Shown here: piece by piece, positions 7,943 to 16,981 of the stretch
How positions within the stretch are numbered: the stretch's first letter is position 1
Layout of the letters: each line of letters starts with the position of its first letter
From: a virus
Virus record (IMG/VR): IMGVR_UViG_3300006409_000042
DNA: 43,164 bases
Direction: 5' to 3' (one strand)
The notes under the pieces: generated by a model
What the model was told of the DNA's origin: nothing
What the model saw: only the letters and a program-made list of their open reading frames with translations
Databases searched by the model: none
Translations under genes and position numbers: made by a program

Positions 7943-8639
7943 GACAAAGATCGAATGGACCGATTTCACTTGGAACCCTGTAACTGGTTGCTTGCATAAT
8001 TGCCCCTATTGTTATGGTCGCAAAATCGCTAATCGCTTCAAAAAGCTATTTCCGTATGGCTATGCTCCAACATTCCACTCTGAAAGACTGAAAGAGCCAT
8101 ATAACAGTGTTCCAAAGAGTTTCAGATCGAGGAATCCGTACCTCCCAATGGGTAGCGCTATGATCTTCACAGTCAGTATGGGAGACCTTTTTGGTGCTTG
8201 GGTGCCAATAGAGTGGGTTCACAAAGTCCTCAATGTTGTCAAGGACAACTCGCAGCATGTATTTCAATTTTTGACGAAGAATCCGAGAAGGTACTCGTGG
8301 TTCGCATTTCCAAAGAACACTTGGATTGGAGCGACATTAGATGGTGTGAATCTTGCAAATCTGTACGTGGCTAAATCTTGGTTGCTCAGAGCCAAAACTC
8401 CATCGGTCAGATTTCTGAGCTTTGAACCATTGCTAAAGCAACCGAGTGTTTTTGAGCCAGATGATTTCGAGGGCATCGATTGGATAATCGTTGGTGCCCA
8501 AACCAATCCTTATCGCCCACCTAAGCCAGAGTGGGTGGAACGCATAATAAAGCCAGCAAGAGAACTTGGAATCCCAATTTTCCTCAAGAACAACTTGCGA
8601 TGGCCAGAGAAGATCCAAGAATTTCCGGAGGTGCGATGA
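7935..8639 (+). CDS. DUF5131 / phage Gp37Gp68 family radical-SAM-like protein, 234 aa
   Basis: TKIEWTDFTWNPVTGCLHNCPYCYG (CxxxCxxC), SMGDLF, FQFLTKNP, FLSFEPLL, IDWIIVG, IPIFLK. Confidence 0.9.
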   Translation: MNRTKIEWTDFTWNPVTGCLHNCPYCYGRKIANRFKKLFPYGYAPTFHSERLKEPYNSVPKSFRSRNPYLPMGSAMIFTVSMGDLFGAWVPIEWVHKVLNVVKDNSQHVFQFLTKNPRRYSWFAFPKNTWIGATLDGVNLANLYVAKSWLLRAKTPSVRFLSFEPLLKQPSVFEPDDFEGIDWIIVGAQTNPYRPPKPEWVERIIKPARELGIPIFLKNNLRWPEKIQEFPEVR

Positions 8640-8643
8640 TGCC

Positions 8644-8766
8644 ATGTGTTGCGAACTCTGCCCTCACTTTCCTTGCAACATGTGGATCGAGGGCCACAAC
8701 GATTGCTGCCACGAGTGCGAGTTGTACTTCGATTGTTTTCCAGAGGAGGCCGATTCGTGTGGATGA
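8644..8766 (+). CDS. Small Cys-rich protein, 40 aa
   Basis: MCCELCPHFPCNMWIEGHNDCCHECELYFDCF...; GGAGGTG upstream. Confidence 0.55.
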   Translation: MCCELCPHFPCNMWIEGHNDCCHECELYFDCFPEEADSCG

Positions 8767-9127
8767 GTTTCTGAAGATTGCCAAAGATAAGGGATTGCTT
8801 GATCTCTTGGATTGCGATTTCCTGAAGGGGAAGGTTCCCTATGGCGAATACTGGTGGTGCGAAAAGTTCTCTGAACTTACAGGCTTGCCACCAATAATAA
8901 CGATATACGATTGCATTGAACTCTGTCCTAACAACTTTCTTTCGGATGTCGAACTCAAGGATGAACTCAGAATTTACATGGGTCCAAAATACGCGAGAGT
9001 TCCGAGAGGAGTTGTTGTCAAGCTCGTGGCTGTCGTGAACAGAAGGATGGCGATTTTCGAGTGGAATGGCGAGCGATACAATTGTCCGATACGATTGCTC
9101 TGGCGAATTCGGGAGGGATCAAGATGA
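8759..9127 (+). CDS. Hypothetical protein, ~122 aa
   Basis: Likely GTG start at 8759 after GAGGAGG; the upstream part of ORF-track 8531..9127 overlaps real genes. Confidence 0.6.
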   Translation: MDEFLKIAKDKGLLDLLDCDFLKGKVPYGEYWWCEKFSELTGLPPIITIYDCIELCPNNFLSDVELKDELRIYMGPKYARVPRGVVVKLVAVVNRRMAIFEWNGERYNCPIRLLWRIREGSR

Positions 9128-9321
9128 AGGGAGCTTGCAACAACCCGAAGAGCTATTACTTCGATACTGAGGTCGATGAGGAATTCGAGCCAGAAGAATG
9201 TGGGCTTAGAAAATGCAAGTATTGCCCGCACTTCATAAGGGCTGACGAGTTGGATGACTTAGCTTACAGAGAGTTGGAAAGGGAAAGAGATAGGCTTGGG
9301 AGAATGTTCGGGCTATTTTAG
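9124..9321 (+). CDS. Small acidic Cys-containing protein, 65 aa
   Basis: ATGA overlap; GGGAGG SD. Confidence 0.6.
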   Translation: MKGACNNPKSYYFDTEVDEEFEPEECGLRKCKYCPHFIRADELDDLAYRELERERDRLGRMFGLF

Positions 9322-9334
9322 GAGGTTTGATATA

Positions 9335-9775
9335 ATGAGAGAGAACGAACGCGATAGAGCAACATTCTTCCGATATCTTGCTACAAAATTAAAGGGCTTG
9401 GACATTCTGAGACACTTGCATCTGTCGGAGGTACAAGACTCAATTGCACATGTATTCTGCAATAAAGATTGTCCTCTGAGGCAAGAGGCTGAAGATGGGA
9501 TGTGCGGCAGGGAAGATTGTATACGCTACACTCGCGAGTTTCTGAAGCATTGCAAAGCTCCCCTTCTTACGAAATCTCTTGGAAAGTTGAAGCTATATGG
9601 AAACGAGAACGTCTTCCTCTGCAAGCTTTGTGGAGCGCCATGCATATACATAGGTCCAGCACTTGCATGGTTTCCTCCTAATTTTTGTCCCTACGATGCC
9701 CAAAAAGATGCAGAGTGGAAGAAAATCGATAGAAATGACTTATTTAATGCGATAAGGGAGGTAGATGCAAAATGA
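9335..9775 (+). CDS. Hypothetical Zn-binding protein, 146 aa
   Basis: GGAGGT SD at 9321; CxxxC/CxxC motifs. Confidence 0.7.
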   Translation: MRENERDRATFFRYLATKLKGLDILRHLHLSEVQDSIAHVFCNKDCPLRQEAEDGMCGREDCIRYTREFLKHCKAPLLTKSLGKLKLYGNENVFLCKLCGAPCIYIGPALAWFPPNFCPYDAQKDAEWKKIDRNDLFNAIREVDAK

Positions 9776-10419
9776 CAGCAATTCTCCGATTAAATCCTGT
9801 TTTTCTCGATATCGAAACGACTGGCTTGGACCCCATCCCGACTGAAAAGAAAACAGAGTGCGAGATAGTAGCAATAGGCGTAGGGTACATCGAGGATGAC
9901 AAGCTCAGAGTCGAAGTGCTGTCGAGGGACGAGTACAGCGAAGACGACATGATTGTAAAAGCTATCTACAAGCTCACTGAAAACGATTCGAATTGCATAA
10001 TTGGATACAACATCAGCTTTGACATACCCTTTATTTCTGCGAGATATCTAAAACACGAGTACAACTCGTCGCTCGTTACGCGATTGAGGCAGCTTTATCG
10101 CGTGGATCTTATGTATGTTGTTACGAGGTATCTCCAACCCAACAACAAGCACGTAAAACTGAAAGAAATCGCGGAATATCTTGGCCTTCCATACGATTCT
10201 GAGATATCTGGCAGAGATATACCGAAGTTGTACGAGGAATCGAAATTTGCGGAGATAAGGGCCCATTGCCAGAGAGACATCGAGACAATTTTTCACTTGT
10301 TCCTCAGATTGAAAGATCTTTGCAAACACAACATCCAGCGCCGCTACAGAATCGATCTACCAATCGAGTTCGAGGGAGAGATGGAGGGATGGAATCGTGT
10401 TCTTAGTTCTGTGGGTTGA
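9772..10419 (+). CDS. DEDD 3'-5' exonuclease (PolB-exo/RNase H-like), 215 aa
   Basis: VFLDIETTG (ExoI), IIGYNISFDIPFI (ExoII), HCQRDIETI (ExoIII). Confidence 0.9.
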   Translation: MTAILRLNPVFLDIETTGLDPIPTEKKTECEIVAIGVGYIEDDKLRVEVLSRDEYSEDDMIVKAIYKLTENDSNCIIGYNISFDIPFISARYLKHEYNSSLVTRLRQLYRVDLMYVVTRYLQPNNKHVKLKEIAEYLGLPYDSEISGRDIPKLYEESKFAEIRAHCQRDIETIFHLFLRLKDLCKHNIQRRYRIDLPIEFEGEMEGWNRVLSSVG

Positions 10420-10606
10420 GAATCATTACAATGCTAAGTTGGAGGGGTACGAGCAAATCGTGAACGCAAAACCTTTCAAGTATTTCGACGAGGCCAAAGA
10501 ATTTGCCGAAGATCTGTATGACAGCAAGCTCAATCCAGAAGCTGACTTTGTTGCAATCCTTCCTTGCTTCGCTTTCTTTGGAGGTAACACCAATGAGGGC
10601 AATTGA
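10397..10606 (+). CDS. Hypothetical protein, 69 aa
   Basis: ORF bridging two genes with overlaps. Confidence 0.6.
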   Translation: MFLVLWVENHYNAKLEGYEQIVNAKPFKYFDEAKEFAEDLYDSKLNPEADFVAILPCFAFFGGNTNEGN

Positions 10607-11618
10607 GTTAATTCTCGACAAGATAAACGAGCGCGACTCTCTATACAAGCAAACTTGGAAGCAATTGCCACTCGAAGATCTCATAGCGATGGCCCGAGTA
10701 AAGTCTTACAGATCCTCAACAATGCTCCAGACTGGTTGCAAGGAAAAATTACTCGACGATTTGGTCGATGGTGCGGCCTATTTCATTTTTGCCATAGAAA
10801 GGATGCTGGATGAGCCTGACAAAGAATTAAGCGAACCAGGATGGCGAGAAGTTGGAAGCATTTACTACTTCATTGACGAAAAGAACGATCTGATATACTT
10901 CAAGCATAGGGCCGATCCTCCAGGCTTCAAGCGGAGGCTAATATTCTCAAAAGTCAAGGAATTGTTCGATGCTCTTCCAGCACGGTCCACTGTTAAAGAT
11001 GTATTGAAGCAAGCAAGGGAGATGGAACTCAAGATTTCTGATGCTACTGCGAGGTACTTGATGCACATATTCTCGGCTCACAACGACTTCGAAGCCAAGC
11101 TTGTGAAGGCCCACAAGAGAGGCTCGGAAATGATCCTTGTCAAGGGTACCGAACTAATCAATTTCCGAGAACCAAGAGAGCCAGTAAAACCGAAGAGGCG
11201 TGGGAGGAAGCCAGCGTATGACGAAGAGAGTGTTATTTGGATTTCCCATCGCTACTTCCAATACGCTATCCACGATGGCAAGTTGATCATCCGAGTGACA
11301 AATAAAGATGGCAGAAGGTTGTGGTCCAGAGTTTACGATTACGATAAAATAAAAGAGCTCTTCGAGAGTTTACCAGAGGAAGCTTATGCTGAGGACATAG
11401 CAAGAGTTGCTGAAAAACTTGAACTCAACATTGACAGGAAAGTGGCATCATCGTTTCTAATGCCAATCTTCGCCAATTATGTCGATTTCGATGCGGAACT
11501 CGTGAAAGAGGGGAGAAAACTCAAGCTCATCAAACAGTCGTTCTCGCTCTCTGAGGACATAAAGATGAAATTGAAGCAAGAGAGGGAGCTCATCGGCAAC
11601 ATGTACGATGGCACGTAA
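10593..11618 (+). CDS. All-alpha NTP-pyrophosphatase-like (DUF1599/MazG-like) N-terminus plus duplicated C-terminal domain, 341 aa
   Basis: ERDSLYKQTW..LEDLIAMARVKSYR...KLLDDLVDGAAY; repeats KVKELFDALP...HNDFEAKLVK and KIKELFESLP...YVDFDAELVK. Confidence 0.5.
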   Translation: MRAIELILDKINERDSLYKQTWKQLPLEDLIAMARVKSYRSSTMLQTGCKEKLLDDLVDGAAYFIFAIERMLDEPDKELSEPGWREVGSIYYFIDEKNDLIYFKHRADPPGFKRRLIFSKVKELFDALPARSTVKDVLKQAREMELKISDATARYLMHIFSAHNDFEAKLVKAHKRGSEMILVKGTELINFREPREPVKPKRRGRKPAYDEESVIWISHRYFQYAIHDGKLIIRVTNKDGRRLWSRVYDYDKIKELFESLPEEAYAEDIARVAEKLELNIDRKVASSFLMPIFANYVDFDAELVKEGRKLKLIKQSFSLSEDIKMKLKQERELIGNMYDGT

Positions 11619-11621
11619 GCT

Positions 11622-13154
11622 ATGAGCATCAGAGACCGCATAATAACTATTCTCCAGGAGAAACCTCGCACTTTAAAGGAATTGGCCGAGCTTACTGGTT
11701 ATCCTGTACCATCCATCGAGTGGCATCTCTTATCGCTGCCAGTCGAGAGGAGGTATGTTGGCAGCGAGACATACATAGTCTTGGTTGACAGCGAGATTGA
11801 TAGTCAATCTCATGATGATGGGTTGACAAAACTCAACGAATCAAAGCAATCTCCATCCTCCATTTTTGAAACAGAGCAATCACATCATGGGTTATCATAT
11901 CGTATCTCAAAGAATGGCCGAGCAATCACAAAAAGTAAGGACACGAGACCAAGAACACATGTTGACAATGTGGTTGACAAACCTCCAACATGGGTGGTTG
12001 ACAAACCCTTGGACCTTAGGGATATAGGCATACTCGAGAACTTATGTGAGAGAGCTAAGCAAATTCTGAAATTGTTATACGAAGGCTTAACTCAAAGCCA
12101 GATTGCCAGAAAACTCAGAATATCGAGGCAAGCGGTACACAAGTGGGTTAAGAAATTCATAAAATGGGGATTCATCGCAGAGAAAGGGTCTCATTGGGGC
12201 TTCGGAAAAAAGAGGGACAAGTTATATGTCGTTAAGAAAGCTATCATCGCATTCATAAAGGCACACAGCAAACCCAATTGTCAACCACGCAACAACAGGG
12301 ATGTTAGCTCCCCGCAAAAGCTCCCGATCAATGTGCACCGCTTGCAATTGGCTTATCACATTGTCAACCAAAATCAACCCTTCTCAACCGAATGTCAGTC
12401 GTACCTCAAATCGTACACACCAAAGGGTTGGACTGGCCACGTATACTTGATCACTGTCAACAGCATAGTTGTCCGGATCCGGGCGTTAAAGTACAAAGTC
12501 GTAGCAGAACTTGCTGAAGATGTTGAATTTATCGATAAATCTGCGGAGGAAGCAGCAGCTGAAGTTATACGGATGTTGGATAGGGCTGTTCAAATATGGC
12601 TTCGAGAGCAATATGCTAAGGGTGTCGAAATAGAGCTCGACAAGCCTTACCTATTGAGCAAGCCAGAATGGGCTTTGAAGTCAAAACTCATCCAAAACAT
12701 CATGAAGAAATTGCGCAACGAAAGTCGAACTAAAACATTGATGCAAAATGGAGGTATTGTTGAAACATCTCCGATTCGCTTGAATGAAAGACTATGGATT
12801 GATGCCAGTCATGGTGAAGGCCACATAGAGTCCGACAATCCAGAGGAGATCGATTTGGTAAGAGAAGGGTTGGAAGCAGCAATTCAACTTAAGCCACAAA
12901 TCCAGCAAATCCAACAACGCATAGATGCTATAGAGGCTTGTATTGCTGGTGGCATGTCGCAGCAAAACTTCGAAGACATAATGAAGTCCATGTTTTCGAG
13001 CATAGAAAAGAGAATAGAGCGCCTCGAAAGACTTTTCCTTGAGAGGGTCGAGAGAGCTTCGAAGCAGGATAGAATGATCCAATTGATTAACGCAATCGCC
13101 ACGCTGATGGTACGTCTCGACAATATCGAGAGGATGATCAAGGGAGAGCCATGA
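11622..13154 (+). CDS. Multi-HTH DNA-binding protein, candidate replication initiator, 510 aa
   Basis: N-terminal wHTH (PRTLKELAELTGYPVPSIEWHL), second HTH (GLTQSQIARKLRISRQAVHKWVKKF), C-terminal coiled coil; contains iteron-like repeats. Confidence 0.6.
   Translation: MSIRDRIITILQEKPRTLKELAELTGYPVPSIEWHLLSLPVERRYVGSETYIVLVDSEIDSQSHDDGLTKLNESKQSPSSIFETEQSHHGLSYRISKNGRAITKSKDTRPRTHVDNVVDKPPTWVVDKPLDLRDIGILENLCERAKQILKLLYEGLTQSQIARKLRISRQAVHKWVKKFIKWGFIAEKGSHWGFGKKRDKLYVVKKAIIAFIKAHSKPNCQPRNNRDVSSPQKLPINVHRLQLAYHIVNQNQPFSTECQSYLKSYTPKGWTGHVYLITVNSIVVRIRALKYKVVAELAEDVEFIDKSAEEAAAEVIRMLDRAVQIWLREQYAKGVEIELDKPYLLSKPEWALKSKLIQNIMKKLRNESRTKTLMQNGGIVETSPIRLNERLWIDASHGEGHIESDNPEEIDLVREGLEAAIQLKPQIQQIQQRIDAIEACIAGGMSQQNFEDIMKSMFSSIEKRIERLERLFLERVERASKQDRMIQLINAIATLMVRLDNIERMIKGEP
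11782..12370. repeat. Iteron-like TGGTTGACAA cluster (candidate replication origin)
   Basis: Exact copies at 11971 and 11995 (+) and 12278 and 12361 (-); near copies at 11782, 11820 and 11960. Confidence 0.65.
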
Positions 13155-13936
13155 GCTACATTAAACTCAAGGAGATCGAGGATTGGCTCGATAAACCTCT
13201 TAGCAAAAAGATAGAGATTGCTGAACGAATAATCCAAGATGCTTTAAAGCAAACAACAAAGCAAGCTGTAGCTTTTAGTGGTGGAAAGAATTCTTTGGTC
13301 TTATTACACTTGGTCCTTCAATTCGAGCCCAACATTATAGTTGTCTTCTGCAATACTGGTGTTGAATATCCCCAAAATTTAAAGTTTGTCAGGAGAATTG
13401 CCAGAGAATGGAACTTGAATTTCTACGAGCTAAAGCCAGAGAAGAATTTCTGGCAGATCGTAAAGAAGTATGGCTTTCCAGACCACAGAAGGTGGTATAA
13501 AAAGGAGCCCAAGTGTTGCTGGTATCTCAAGAACAAGCCAGCCAATGATTTCTATAAGAGCAACAACATCGATTGTGTGTTCACTGGAATTTCCGCATTT
13601 GAGTCAAGGACAAGAAAACTCCACATTGCGAACAAAGGACCACTTTATTGGACGAAGAGGATAGGCGATACGAAATTCAAGAGGCCAATTTTAAGAGCGC
13701 ATCCCTTGGCTTATTGGACAGACAAGGATATTTGGGAATACATCGAAGTAAAACAACTTCCGATCAATCCAATCTACGATTTTGCAGATAGAAATGGTTG
13801 CATGACTTGTACTGGCTTCATTGGTTGGGAGAAGCAACTATCTCAAGTGAATCCAGCGTTGTATCGAAGAATCATGCATATGATGGGAAAGAGAGTTCTG
13901 TCGGATTATGGAGGAATAGAGTTTGAGGACACTTAA
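13151..13936 (+). CDS. PAPS-reductase-family (PP-loop, DndC-like) protein, 261 aa
   Basis: AFSGGKNS PP-loop, FCNTGVEYP, KCCWYLKNKP, HPLAYWTDKDIW, RNGCMTC; lacks the C-terminal ECGLH of true CysH. Confidence 0.88.
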   Translation: MSYIKLKEIEDWLDKPLSKKIEIAERIIQDALKQTTKQAVAFSGGKNSLVLLHLVLQFEPNIIVVFCNTGVEYPQNLKFVRRIAREWNLNFYELKPEKNFWQIVKKYGFPDHRRWYKKEPKCCWYLKNKPANDFYKSNNIDCVFTGISAFESRTRKLHIANKGPLYWTKRIGDTKFKRPILRAHPLAYWTDKDIWEYIEVKQLPINPIYDFADRNGCMTCTGFIGWEKQLSQVNPALYRRIMHMMGKRVLSDYGGIEFEDT

Positions 13937-14657
13937 GGTAATCGATTTATTTTGCGGTTGCGGAGGGTTCAGCTTGGGATTTGATTATGCTGGTTTCGAG
14001 ATAATCTACGCTCTCGACAAGTGGGAAATTGCTTGCAGGAGCTACAAGGCTAACTTTCCTCACGTTGATGTCCATTGCGAGGATGCTTTAAATGTGGATC
14101 CCAAAGACATTCCGAATTGCGACATAATTATAGGCTCTCCACCTTGCCAGGACCACAGCGTTGCGAATCACAAGCGAACGCACGATACATCTCTCATAAA
14201 CTGGTTTTGGGAGATAGTCCGCAAGAAAAAACCGAAGTACGTGATCATGGAGGAAACGCCCCTCGCCAGAGACTACCTTCCTCCCGATGTCCCGAAAGTC
14301 AGAATATACAGGATGTCCGACTTCGGAGTTCCACAACTGAGAAGGCGATTGTTTGCTGGAGATTTTCCCGAACCCAAAAAACAACCCGTGGATGTTATAT
14401 TTCCAACTGTTCTTGCGAGCGAGTACAGAAGAGGATGGAAGACATCGCGCGGAGGGTTGAGTAAAGTCTTCCGCAGAAGAAGCTTGATTCCAGAGGCAAA
14501 AATCGTTCAGACTTTCCCGCTTGATTACGTAGTTTATGGAACTCTCGAAGAGCAATACGCGCAAATAGGCAACGCTGTCCCACCTTTGATGGCGTACAAA
14601 CTTGCCGAAGCTATAATGTTGGTAGAAGAGGGCTTTTTGGAGGTGGAATGGTGGTAG
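13923..14657 (+). CDS. C5 cytosine DNA methyltransferase, 244 aa (TTG start)
   Basis: DLFCGCGG (I), GSPPCQ (IV), MEET (VI variant), PQLRRRLF (VIII), QIGNAVPP (X). Confidence 0.92.
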   Translation: MRTLKVIDLFCGCGGFSLGFDYAGFEIIYALDKWEIACRSYKANFPHVDVHCEDALNVDPKDIPNCDIIIGSPPCQDHSVANHKRTHDTSLINWFWEIVRKKKPKYVIMEETPLARDYLPPDVPKVRIYRMSDFGVPQLRRRLFAGDFPEPKKQPVDVIFPTVLASEYRRGWKTSRGGLSKVFRRRSLIPEAKIVQTFPLDYVVYGTLEEQYAQIGNAVPPLMAYKLAEAIMLVEEGFLEVEWW

Positions 14658-14899
14658 AAATCTTGCTTTTTTCGGCCAGATGGTGTGCTCCTTGTAAAAT
14701 CGTCAAGCAATATTTGAGAGAGCGAGGGATCGACTTCAAAGAGGTCGATGTCGAAAAGAATGGAGAATTGGCGAAGAAATATTTCGTTCAATCGCTGCCA
14801 ACTATTGTGGTGCTTGAGAACGAAGTGCCAATCGCTTCTATTGTTGGATCGGATTTGTCGCGGTTGGAGAGCGTTTTGAGGGAGATACATGGATGTTGA
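14648..14899 (+). CDS. Thioredoxin/glutaredoxin-like protein, 83 aa
   Basis: FSARWCAPCK, EVDVEKN..LAKKY.VQSLPT. Confidence 0.9.
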   Translation: MVVEILLFSARWCAPCKIVKQYLRERGIDFKEVDVEKNGELAKKYFVQSLPTIVVLENEVPIASIVGSDLSRLESVLREIHGC

Positions 14900-15050
14900 C
14901 AAGTTGATTAGCGACATCGAAAGGTGGCTCGACGAGGAAGTATGCGAGTATTGCGAGTGGAGTTGGGAGTGTCCGAACGAAATTGAGAGTTGCATCTACT
15001 TGAAGATCAAGAAATTGTTGGAGTGGGTAAAAGAGGATGAAGGGGATTAA
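14889..15050 (+). CDS. Small Cys-containing protein, 53 aa
   Basis: MDVDKLISDIERWLDEEVCEYCEWSWECPNEIESC...; GGGAG SD; overlaps both neighbours. Confidence 0.6.
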   Translation: MDVDKLISDIERWLDEEVCEYCEWSWECPNEIESCIYLKIKKLLEWVKEDEGD

Positions 15051-16323
15051 AAGCCAAGAAGCGGCAAAAGAAATAATCGTATTCCTTTCTCATCAAGTTG
15101 AGTGTGTGGGCAAACACCCTTATGTCGAAGACTACTTTAATGAGCTCCTTTTTTCGGTAGTTCCTTTCTATAAGTCCAACAATAGTATGGGCTTTCGCCA
15201 TAAGTTCGGTAGTAGTCATCGCCTCGTTTACGACAGTGGAGGTTTCCAATTCCTTACGGGCAAGTTGAAAAATCCAGATCCACTCAGAACTGTTGCTGTT
15301 TACAAGAAAATGGGCTACACTAAAAAAGACATTCTTATCCAACTCGACCTTCCACCAGCGTACTATCAGAGTTGTGAGGATCGTCGGAAATTGATAAGAA
15401 AGTCAGCTGAATTCTACCACATCATGCTCGAACACGTTCCAGTCATTCCAGTGGTTCATGGTTGGACCCTCGGAGAATTATTGGAAAGTTTAAATCTTAT
15501 CGAAGATCCGGACAGACTCGCTCTCGGAACATATCACGCCACAACAAAGGACACGAATTTGTTGGGTATCGGAACTTTTTCGGGGATAAATAACTCTTAC
15601 GAAGGACCGAAACACGATCATCCTTTGGATGCCCAATATACTCGCAAGATCGGACTTGGTGTTTATGCAGCTGATACGCATCCAGCTCCTCAAGTCGGCA
15701 ACCAACATAAGCCCGCTGGATCCAGCAATGGCAGCAATGGAAAAGACCTCACACCTGTCAATGTCATCTTTGAACGCCTCGCCACAGCCCTAAATTTGCT
15801 GAGAGATAGAGAAGTGTTCCTCCTTGGAGCCGCAAACATAAATTTCATGCATCTCGGCTTCCTCGGTGGAGCAAAATTCTCGGATGGCTCGAGTTGGAGG
15901 ATTGCGGCAAGGTTCTGGACCATCTATTTGCCAGAACACGTTGGGGTTCCAGTAGGTGTCAAGAGAAACAAGCTCGGATCCAAAGAACTCAACTTGCTCA
16001 GAGAGGTTCATGCGGATCCCGACTATATCTTCCACGACATTCCATTCGATATTCTTGTCAAAGCATTCAAGGCTCACAAGAAAGATGGTTTTACTGTCAG
16101 AGCACTCCACAACGCTTGGGTTGTAAAAAAAGAGGAAGAAATAGCCAATGAATTTGCTAACGATCCAGATCGCTATTATTTTTATCTTTCAAAGCGTTGG
16201 GAAAACAGCCCGTACTGGAGAAGTCGCCTGAATTTGTTTTGGAAGAACATCAAACAATCTTGGGTGCAAAGCGACCTTGAAGTCTTCTTGAGGAGAGAGG
16301 CTAATGAACGAGCGCGAAATTAA
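15037..16323 (+). CDS. tRNA-guanine transglycosylase (TGT)-fold protein, DpdA-like DNA base-exchange enzyme, 428 aa
   Basis: YDSGGFQ motif, QLDLPP, IPVVHGW, LALG, VFLLGA, FSDGSSW follow the TGT barrel motif order. Confidence 0.8.
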   Translation: MKGIKSQEAAKEIIVFLSHQVECVGKHPYVEDYFNELLFSVVPFYKSNNSMGFRHKFGSSHRLVYDSGGFQFLTGKLKNPDPLRTVAVYKKMGYTKKDILIQLDLPPAYYQSCEDRRKLIRKSAEFYHIMLEHVPVIPVVHGWTLGELLESLNLIEDPDRLALGTYHATTKDTNLLGIGTFSGINNSYEGPKHDHPLDAQYTRKIGLGVYAADTHPAPQVGNQHKPAGSSNGSNGKDLTPVNVIFERLATALNLLRDREVFLLGAANINFMHLGFLGGAKFSDGSSWRIAARFWTIYLPEHVGVPVGVKRNKLGSKELNLLREVHADPDYIFHDIPFDILVKAFKAHKKDGFTVRALHNAWVVKKEEEIANEFANDPDRYYFYLSKRWENSPYWRSRLNLFWKNIKQSWVQSDLEVFLRREANERARN

Positions 16324-16969
16324 GGAGTTGTTGAAGAAAACAATTTTAAGGAACTTCGATGCGATTTACGAGGGTTCGGTATTCGATGTGCTTGGGCTTT
16401 ATGCTGACAACATAATTGGCTTCGAGATCAAGGGAGATAACGATAAGCCGATGAGAATCCTCGAGCAACTTCCTCAATATGTTTACATTTGCGATGCTGT
16501 TTTCTTAGTTTTGGGTCCTAAAGCTAAGATGCCAGATTGCTTGCCATCTTGGATTGGAGTCTATAAGGTGAATGAGACTCAAGATGGATTCGAGTTGTTG
16601 AAAAGTGGGGGGATCGAGTTCATTGAGAGGGATAATTACAAGTTTGTGCATCACAGCACGTATTATTTTAGTGATGAGAGGTCATTGAGGAGCAAGAGGT
16701 TGCACTACTTGAAGAAGAACTCGCTACCATTTTATAGGAAGTTCACGACACACTTACCAGAAGAGAGTTTCTTCTATGGGTTTTTGAGAAAGTGGATGAT
16801 ACGTTCGATCTTTGGAGATGAATTTGCAGAATTCGATGAGGTCGAGGAAGCGATGATAAAATTCCTCGCCGAGTATAATAAAAACAAGTCAAAGAGAAGA
16901 CTCTTACCTCCAGAAGGAAAGAAGAGAGTCGAATACATCACGTTTTCGGATTTTGAGGAGTTTTTGTAA
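16304..16969 (+). CDS. PD-(D/E)xK nuclease-like protein (sce7726/MmcB-like), 221 aa
   Basis: FDVLGL...IIGFEIKGDNDKPMRILEQLPQYVYICDAVFLV. Confidence 0.6.
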   Translation: MNEREIKELLKKTILRNFDAIYEGSVFDVLGLYADNIIGFEIKGDNDKPMRILEQLPQYVYICDAVFLVLGPKAKMPDCLPSWIGVYKVNETQDGFELLKSGGIEFIERDNYKFVHHSTYYFSDERSLRSKRLHYLKKNSLPFYRKFTTHLPEESFFYGFLRKWMIRSIFGDEFAEFDEVEEAMIKFLAEYNKNKSKRRLLPPEGKKRVEYITFSDFEEFL

Positions 16970-16981
16970 AAAATTGTCAGA

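Noticed and set aside
13151-14899. PAPS reductase plus thioredoxin as an auxiliary sulfate-assimilation module
   Set aside because: Lacks the C-terminal ECGLH catalytic motif and sits among DNA-modification genes.
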